Part shown: in pieces, positions 51,193 through 60,000 of the stretch | How positions within the stretch are numbered: position 1 is the stretch's first letter | Layout: every line of letters begins with the position of its first letter | NCBI GenBank assembly: GCA_030390025.1 | Contig: CM059431.1 | Coordinates: 152,522,001-152,582,000, forward strand | Length of the DNA stretch: 60,000 bases | Direction: 5' to 3' | DNA from: Squalus acanthias | Lineage: Eukaryota | Made by a program: the position numbers and the translations under genes | The notes under the pieces: model-generated | What the model saw: the letters and a program-made list of their open reading frames with translations, nothing else | Databases searched by the model: none | What the model was told of the DNA's origin: nothing

Positions 51193-52178
51193 GTTGATGA
51201 CTCGGCCTTAACATTACAGGTGGTGATCCGACACTAACATTACTGGTGGTGACCCTACACTCACATTACTGGTGGTGACTCTACTCTAACATTACTGGTG
51301 GTGACTCTACTCTAGCATTACTGGTGGTGACCCGACTCTAACATTACTGGTAGTGACTCTATTCTAACATTACTGGTGGTGACTCCACTCTAACATTACT
51401 GGTGGTGACTCCACTCTAACATTACTGGTGGTGACTCTACTTTAACATTACTGCTGGTGACTCCACTCTAACATTACTGGTGGTGAGTCTACTCTAACAT
51501 TACTGGTGGTGCCTCTACTCTAACATTACTGGTGGTGACCCTACTCTAACATTACTGGTGGTGACCCTACTCTAACATTACTGGTGGTGAGTCTACTCTA
51601 ACATTACTGGTGGTGACTCTACTCTAACATTACTGGTGGTGACTCTACTCTAACATTACTGGTGGTGAGTTTACTTTAACATTACTGGTGGTGACTCTAC
51701 ACTAACATTACTGGTGGTGACTCTACTCTAACATTACTGGTGGTGAGTCTACTCTAATATTACTGGTAATGACTGTACTCTAACATTACTGGTGGTGACT
51801 CCACTCTAACATTACTGGTGGTGACTCCACTCTGACATTACTGGTGGTGAGTCTACTCTAATATTACTTTTGGTGACTCTACTCTAACATTACTGGTGGT
51901 GCCTCTACTCTAACATTACTGGTGGTGACCCTACTCTTACATTACTGGTGGTGACTCTACTCTAACATTACTGGTCGTGAGTCTACTCTAACATTACTGG
52001 TGGTGAGTCTACTCTAACATTACTGGTGGTGTTTCTAATCGAACATTACTGGTGGTGACTCCACTCTAAAATTACTGGTGGTGACCCGACTCTCACGTTG
52101 CTGGTGCTGAGTCTATTCTCCAATTTGTGGTTGCAATCCTCCTCTAATATTACTTGTGGTGAGCCTACTTTCACATTA
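51193..52178 (+). repeat. 26-bp minisatellite array, forward, highly homogeneous
   Basis: Near-perfect copies at ~51240-52070. Confidence 0.97.
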
Positions 52179-53050
52179 AACAAATTAATCTGGCCTCAGT
52201 CTCCACAAGGGTTGTGGGGTCGTCATTCCCACAAAGACTCTCATGAACAGATGCATCAGCGACAGGTAGATAGGTGAAGACGAGTTCAACCAGGTTTTTC
52301 TCTCTTGATGGTTCTATCATCAGCTCCTGCCGGCCCAATATAGCCTTTAGTGGCGTCCGGAATAAATGCTGAACACTCTCCGGAACACTCTCTCTCGATT
52401 GTGTACCGGTGTGCTGTCTCATCTGGTGGGTCTGTCCTGCTGATGCAACAGGACATACCCAGGGATGCCGATGGAGCAGTCTGGGATGTTGGCTGAAACG
52501 TATGGTTCTGTGAGTATCACTATCTCAGGCTGGTGCTGGACTCGTCTGTGGGACAAGGCTCCAACTTCCGCCACAAGTCCCCAGATGTTAGCGAGGAGAA
52601 CAGTGCACGGTCGACAGAGCTGGCTCTGCCTTTGCCGTGTCCGTATCCTCCGATGTCCAGGACGAGGCCGGGTAATCCATCCGGCTTTATTATACTAATT
52701 TTTAGCGGTTTGCTACAACTCAGTAGCTTCCTAGAACGTTTCAGACGGCAGTTTAGAGTCAACGACATTGCGTTGGTCTGAAGTCACTTATAGGCCAATC
52801 GGGTGAGGACGGCAGGTTTCTATCCCTAAAGGACATTGGTGAACAAGTTGTGTTTTTACAACAATCTGACAGCATCATGCTCATCGTTAATGTTACTCTC
52901 TTTTTATTAGATATTAATTTAATTAGCTGACCTCAAATTTACAAACTGCCACGGGGAGTGGAGTGGGGGTGGAAATCACGTCTTCGGATAATTTGTCCCG
53001 CACTCTGGATTACTACTCCAGCAAGATAACCATTATGCTACCGTACCCGC
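52179..53050 (-). mobile_element. Inverted paralogous copy of the SINE-headed LINE fragment at 27076-28097
   Basis: Reverse complement starts GCGGGTACGGTAGCATAATGG and contains the same endonuclease remnant. Confidence 0.8.
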
Positions 53051-55385
53051 GGTAGGGTCGTCATCAGTAATGTTAGAGCTGCGTCCTCGCCAGTAATATT
53101 AATGTGGCATTATCATCCATAATGATAAGGTAACGCGAACACCAGTAAAATTAAAGCGAAGTCATCATCATTAATGTAAGTGTAAAGGCACCACCATTGA
53201 TGTTAGAATAAGTTCACCACTAGTAATGTTAGAGGAGGGTGGCCACCTGTTATGTTAGATGGGAGCCATTGTCAATAACGTTAGAGTTGAATCTCCACCA
53301 GCAATGTTTGAGTATAGTCACTCAAAATAATGTTAGTGTAGAATCATCTCTAATAATACTGGGTCCGAATATTCAACAGTAACATTATAGAACAGTAACA
53401 AACAGTAATGCTGCAGTCGGGGGACAATCAGAAATTTTAGACTAACTTATAACCAGTAACGTTAGAGTTGAGTCATGACAAGTAACGTTAGAATAGAGGC
53501 GCCACGGATAATTTTAGAGTAGAGTAACCATCAGAAATGTTGGAGTGTGGTCACCACCAGCAATGCTAGAGTAGGGTCACCACCAGTAATGTTGGAGTAT
53601 GGTCACCACCAGTAATGTTAGAGCAGGTTCGCCATCATTTATATTAGAGCATGGTCGCCATTATTTATATTAGAGTAGGGTCAGCAGCAGTAATTTTAGA
53701 GTAGCGACACCAACAGTAATGTTAGAGTTGGGTCACCACCAGTATGTTTTAGTAGGGTCACCAGCAGTAATGTTGGAGTACTTTTACCATCAGTAATATT
53801 AGAGTACAGGCAACTCACGTACTGTTAGATTAGAGTTAGCAACAATATTGTTAGAGTCGGGTCACCATCAGCAATGTTAAAATCGGGTCACCACCAGTAA
53901 TGTTAAAGTCGGGTCACCACCAGTAATGTCAGACTAGTTCCACCACCAATAATGTTAGAATTGGTTCGCCAGCGTTAATGATAGTCCAGGGTCACCACCA
54001 CTAATGTTCGACTATATTCGCCGCCAGTAATATTAAAGTATGATCCCCGCCAGTAATATTAGATAAGATTCAGCACCACTCATGTTAGAGTAGGCTCACC
54101 ACCAGTAATGTTAGAGTAGGGTCACCATCAATAATATTAGAGTTGGGTCACTATCTGTAATGTTAGAGTAGGGTTATCACCACTAATGTGGGACTACTTT
54201 CACCGCCAGTAATGTTAGAGTAGGGTCGCCCCCGTTCATGTAAATTTAGGGTCGCTACCATTAATGTTAGAGTAGGGTTATCATCAGTACTGTTAGACTA
54301 GGTTCACCACCAGGGTCACCATCAGTAATGGTGGAGTCGGATGACTACCAGTAATGGTCGTGTAGGTTCACCTGCAGTAATGTTAGAACGGGCCACTTAA
54401 AGTAATGTCAGATTAGGGTCATCATCAGTAATGTAAGACTCGTGTCACCAACAGTAATGTTTAACTAGGATCACCACCAATAATATTAGCGTAGGATTAC
54501 CACCAGTAATGTTAGCGTAGATTCACCAACAGTTATGTTAGAGTATATTCGCCACCAGTAATGTTAGAGTAGCATCTTCACCAGTAATGTTAGAGTAGAT
54601 TCACCACCAGTAATGTTAGAGTATATTCACCACCAGTAATGTTAGCGTAGGGCCATCAGCATTAATGTTAGAGTAGGTTCACCACCAGTAATATATAAGT
54701 AGGATCAGCACCCGTAATGGTAGAGTAGGATCACCTGCAGTAATGTTAGAGAAGAGTCATCACAAATAATGTTAGTGTAGGCTCACCACTAGAGAGGTTA
54801 GAGTTGGGTTACCACAAATAATGTGAGAGAAGGGTGACCACCAATAATGTTAAATGAAAGTCACCACCAGTAATGTTAAAGTATGATCACCGCCAGTAAT
54901 ATTAGAGTAAGGTCACCACCACTAATGCTAGAGTAGGTGCACCACCAGTAATGTTACAGTAGGCTCACAACTAGTAATTTTAGAGTAGGGTCACTAGCTG
55001 TAATGTTAGATTACGATCAACACCAGTAATGTTAGAATAGGTTCACCACCAGTAATGTTAGAGCAGAGTCAACACCAATAATGTTAGAGTAGGGTCACCA
55101 CCAGTAATGTTAGAGTAGAGTCACCACCAGTAATGTTAGAGTTGAGTACCACCAGTAATGTTACAGTAGAGTCACCACCAGTAATGTTACAGTAGAGTCA
55201 CCACCAGTAATGTTAGAGTAGGGTCACCACCAGTAATGTTAGAGTAGGGTCACCACCAGTAATGTTAGAGTAGAGTCACCACCATTAATGCTAGAGTTGT
55301 GTCATAGCAATAATGTTTGAATAGGGTCACCACCAGTATTTTTAGATTCTATTCACCAACAGTAGTGTCAGCGCCGATTCATCAC
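53051..55385 (-). repeat. 26-bp minisatellite array, reverse orientation
   Basis: Tandem copies, purest at ~55080-55290. Confidence 0.97.
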
Positions 55386-55570
55386 CACATTGTAAAACCA
55401 ATTTTAAATATGTAATGGATGAGATAAGATTTCACCCGATTATTATGAGGCCCCAAGAACCTAACGCCTTGACCGGGAGTGGTGCTCCCTTCAGAAATCA
55501 CATCTCTGGCGCAAAGCTTACTTTCCAATCATTAATTTTAATGAGCGGATTTTCATGTACTGAGGGACAC

Positions 55571-55695
55571 AATTTCCCCATTGGCACCCCCGGTGCACAG
55601 TAGCGGAAAATTGTTTGTTACGTAATTGTAAAAAACGTCAGTTATTGTGGAACCTGGTTTTCTCCCGGGGCACCGAGTGTTCTATAAAGGGGGAG
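55571..55695 (+). promoter_or_regulatory. Putative GPCR promoter: reverse CCAAT and TATAAA at 55683-55688
   Basis: Paralogous to 30607-30730. Confidence 0.6.
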
Positions 55696-55765
55696 CATTT
55701 ACGGATCTCAGATACACTCCAGTCAGAAACGGAAACCGGACAGAATTCATACAACCTTCTATAAA

Positions 55766-57549
55766 ATGGCACGGCCAATAATTCTACAGATAAAGGAAAT
55801 ATACTATCCTTTTCTCGCAGCATTTGGTATTCCCGGTAAGTCAGATTATTCTGTTGCTTAATATCGGTTGACTATCTCAGTGCTAATGATTATGTAACAG
55901 ATTCCGAGAATACTCTCATTGCAGAGTCACTTATCCAGCGGGCTTAATTGGTGAATATCAGCGGGAATTCGACCAGTCAGCGCATTCTCCACCGGGCGCT
56001 CAGGATTCCTCCCTATACTGTGGGAGGCGAAGCTGATTCCGGGGCCCTTCCAACAGTATAACGTTCACGTCAGAATGTGTTGCTTATTGTCCATGGTCAT
56101 CATCTCATTTGTGGCGTTGTTCCCTCTCTGTTCCACGTTGTTCATTGCTCGGACTGCAGCCACCTCCACCCAACAGGGGGCGTTGAAAGGTATTTTGAAC
56201 AATCACTGCCGCTCAAGGAGCTTCTCACCTCCGTTCGGCTGCAAAGAACCTTCGGGGTTCCTCCAGCTCCCGCTCTGTTCCCGAGTATTTCGGCCCGGGG
56301 TGATTATAAATAGGAAAATTCCAGTTTATCGACATAAATAGCATGTTTGCATTTCAGCTGATTTTTTTATTTAAGTTCATATCTTTCCAGTAAACGCTGT
56401 GAAATAATGTTAAATATTTTTCGAGGACTGAATGAGCCATGCTGGAAGGATGCGAGATTTTCAAACCCTCTACTGTTTTTAAACAGGATGCAGTCAACGC
56501 TCGCCGATATATAAAAAAAGTATTAATGTGCTAAACCCTAAGTAGGGACACATCAGCATTCGCCCACAATATGCTATGAGATTTAGCTGAGTTTCTCCGT
56601 TACTGACCTCTTCTCCCTCTGTCTTACAGCGAACCTACTGACAATCGTGATTCTCTCCGGAGGAAAATGCGGTCTTTCCAAAGGTATTTCTGTCTACATG
56701 GTGGCCATGGCAACAGCAGATCTACTGGTCATGATCAACCATGTGATAGTGAAACACATTTTCAATTATCACTTTCCACGTTCATTCCTTTCCTACACCG
56801 CGGTTTGCAAGTTAATTGTGTACGTGAATTGTCTCACACTAGATATGTCGGTGTGGTTTACAGTCTTGTTCACATTTGACCGATTTGTAGCTATAAGTTG
56901 TGAGAACTTTAAAACAAATTATTGCAAAATGAGAACGGCTGCCTCTGTTGTAACAACCGCCACTGTCCTCTTCTGTTTAAATAACATCCCCTTTTGGTAT
57001 GCATATGAACCTGAGCGAATAACGAACAATGTTCCCTGGGGATGTCGATCCAGAGTGGAGTTTTTTCTATCATCTGCAGGTACAGCGTTCTCCTGGTTAC
57101 AAAGTATTTTAATTCCATGGCTTCCTTTTGCTTTGATAAGAATGTTTATTTGTTTGACAGTCAGACGTATTTTAGTGGCCAGTAGAGCCCGCAGGAGACT
57201 CCGGGGTCACAGCAGTGAGAATCAGAGCGATTCAGAGATGGAGAACCGAAGAAAATCCATTATCTTACTGTTCAGTGTATCAGGTAGTTTTATAGTGTTG
57301 TGGCTGACAGCTGCCGTGAGTTTTTTAACTACCAGACTGACAAACATCGAGCATTATCGAGGCGATTATGCAGCCCCTGCATATGTCGCCACAGAAACCG
57401 GATATCTACTCATGTATTTCAGCTCGTGTACAAACACCTGCATTTATGCAGCGACACAAACTCAATTCAGGGAAGAGCTGAAGAAGGCGGTGAAATCTCC
57501 TTGGGCATTGATTCTGACTTTGGTTAAATTAAATGTAAAATCAAACTGA
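55766..57549 (+). CDS. GPR139/GPR142-like class A orphan GPCR, 329 aa; exons 55766-55835 and 56630-57549
   Basis: Exon 1 MARPIILQIKEIYYPFLAAFGIP, phase-1 GT-AG intron, then ANLLTIVILSGGKCGLSKGISVYMVAMATADLL; FTFDRF, SSCTNTCIY; open frame. Confidence 0.9.
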
Positions 57550-59347
57550 AGCTTCCTGTCCTAACTAAAGCTCAATTGCAGCACGTGCTCCGCTTTAGAA
57601 TGGCCCTCGATCTGCTACCACGACAATGGATTGTTCTGTTTAAATAAACAGGTACCAGGAAACATTTTCTACACTTTGCGCCGTGTGTTTGATGTCTGCT
57701 TCTTTCCCCGCATGAACATAATCGATTTCTCCTAAAACAGCGCCCTTCCCGCTCAAAATTCAAAGGGAACAGTCATGATTGAGCTTCAGTAGTGTAGTGG
57801 AATATGTGGACGTCAGCGTTAACTGCCTCACACGACAGGTACTGGAATGACACGCTCAGTTGAATTAACAGATATCGTTTTATTTAGTGTTGAAACAGTG
57901 AAGGTTTTACCATCCTTGTCATTTTAATTCTTCTGTAATCTTGCGGGCGCTGTTCTCCCCATCAGACTCCGATTCCATTGTCTCCTGGACCAATAGAATG
58001 GGGTCCTTAATCCTGATCAGTGACTAATGATGGAGACAGTAGAAACCTGACTCGTCAATGAGACATTAGACATCTTTGTTCACAGATACTAACATAAAAT
58101 CTCAACTGGTCATCAATGTGTTGGAATGTTAATACTGGGGAATTGGCCATTCGACCCAACCAGTCGTTGCCGCCGTTCACCCTCCACCTGAGCAAAAGGT
58201 TCGCATCACGTTCCCGACTCTGCCTCGACATGTCTTCTTCAATCTATATTTATTCCTGGATCTTCCCAATTTATTCTTGAGTATTGGTATAATTTCTGCC
58301 TATGTGAATTCCACAGCCGGACGACTCTCAGTGCATGGAGATATTTAACTTACCCTCAGTTCTAAATCCCTTTCATTTATTCTTTAATCTGTGACCGTTA
58401 GTTCTTGATCCCTCAATTAATGGGAGCAGTCTGCTTGCGTCGATCCTATCCCGAAACATAGGGACCAGGCAGGAAGCGATTCTAATCATAAGACCCCGAT
58501 CATTTGCTAGATGTCCAGAAGTGTCAGGGATGGTATTTTATGAAATGCTTCTTGCTGTAAGTTCTTGGGATATCACTTTGTGTGCAGAAGTGCCTTGTTG
58601 CATGTGAAGCATCCAGCATGCAATATGCATCATGAATATGCCCTGAAGAACGAGTGCAGGACAGGGTCGGTCACGCTGACAACATGGCTACAGGAAACGT
58701 TTAATGTAACTCTGGAGAGTGAGGATATCGGTAAAAGCAATGGGTAGAGATCTGGGTCGAAGAATAGACCGAGATAGATGTATGATGCTGATGAGATATA
58801 GTTTAATATTGGCTGTTAATACTCTTACACACAAAAAGGGTCAATGTAAGGAAAGCATTCATCAGACTGTCCTGACGTCTGCTAATGTTGTACTCTATTG
58901 GTTACTCTTCATATAGTACTAATTCTAAACATTAGTCTTTATCTATTCAACGAGGAAGCAATCGTCAGCTTAAAGTTCCATTAGGTTGTTGGGGCAGGAT
59001 TGAATTTGCAAGTATGTTAAGTTTCAGTGTGATGTACTAATGAGACTTAATTAAATTCTGATTTAAATTTCAGAGAGCTTTAATCATTTGGTAACAGAGT
59101 GGGAAGGTATCAGTCCAGCCATGTGAAGTATCTGGGCAAACATCAACATTTTGAATTGACATCGACGATAGAGAAACAAAGATGTATTTATAATTCAAGA
59201 TCTCAAGCGGGCTGGTATTCAATACACCTCATGCTTCAGTTATGCAGAGACTTGTTCAGACACCATCTGGAGTGCTTCATTCGGTTTTGGGCACCGGAAG
59301 GCTATATTGGTCTTGAAGCAGGTGCAGAGTAAAACCCCATAAATATT

Positions 59348-59840
59348 GGCCCAGAAATTGATCTCGCTCTGTTCCCGCGGGGGTAAGGCTTCCCCGCGCT
59401 CTCTCACCTCGCTTGTGCTTTTTCAGATCCAGCTCGCACGAACTTGATGTTCTAGACATCAGCTGGGCAGTGCTTGCGTATCCCAGCGGCGTAGTGAATT
59501 CGTGCGAGCTGTGGGATCACGTGACTCAGTTAGAGCCAATGGCAGCACACCATCTTCCATTCATAAGTTTCACAGCAGGCTGTGAAATCTATGAATCTTA
59601 CACCCCCCCAAAATAACAGCTAAACCTCAATTAAATTAAAAAAAAACCATCACATTAATAAAATAAGTATAGTTAATTAAATTAACCATTTTAAATAAAA
59701 AATTAAATTTTTGAAATTTTTTTAAATCTTTTAAAAAGTTATAAAAATAAACTTACCTGTCTTTAAAGTCTCTAAAAAAGATATACCTGTTAAAAAAAAT
59801 TCAAAAAAATACTTAATTCACTACTTACCTTCTTAAAAGA
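59348..59840. mobile_element. Second copy of the 47639-48388 family, interrupted on the right
   Basis: ATT-GGCCCAGAAATT start; shared AGAGCCAATGGCAGC block, hairpin and ACTTACCT motifs. Confidence 0.8.
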
Positions 59841-60000
59841 TAGAATGACAAAATTGCAAAAATTGTTTATACCAATCTGGCATAAAAGGAAATCTAAAAA
59901 GGTGACTCAACCGTGGATAACAGGGGAAATTAGAGACAGCATAAAATCCAAAGATAGGGCGTATAAAATAGCCAAAAAACGCGCCAGAGCGGAAGATTGG
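59841..60000 (+). mobile_element. CR1 ORF2 fragment running off the window
   Basis: LFIPIWHKRKSKKVTQPWITGEIRDSIKSK resembles the ORF2 at 8035-9381. Confidence 0.85.

Noticed and set aside
51240..52070. Chi-like ACTGGTGG/GCTGGTGG in the satellite unit
   Set aside because: Chi is a bacterial RecBCD signal; a 7/8 match is no evidence of function in a vertebrate.

Overview
Vertebrate, repeat-rich genomic DNA. The GPR139-like receptor family and the CR1/L2 subfamilies point to a cartilaginous fish (inference). The window holds three paralogous two-exon class A GPCR genes: intact at 30802-33392 (+) and 55766-57549 (+), pseudogene at 48977-50790 (-). Each is preceded by a kb-scale array of the same 26-bp minisatellite (CTACTCTAACATTACTGGTGGTGACY), always in the same orientation relative to the gene. 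The arrays form large inverted structures whose flip point is occupied, in both cases, by the same SINE-headed LINE fragment. Other contents: a nearly intact two-gene Harbinger transposon (622-4839; one nonsense codon in each of the transposase and a three-exon Myb/SANT gene), two families of non-autonomous Harbinger-type elements, a 1.65-kb solo LTR inside the satellite, many nested CR1 LINEs (three long copies retaining esterase ORF1), L2-type fragments and three tRNA pseudogenes (Ile, Lys, intron-bearing Leu). All calls were made by eye from the sequence; no database searches were run.
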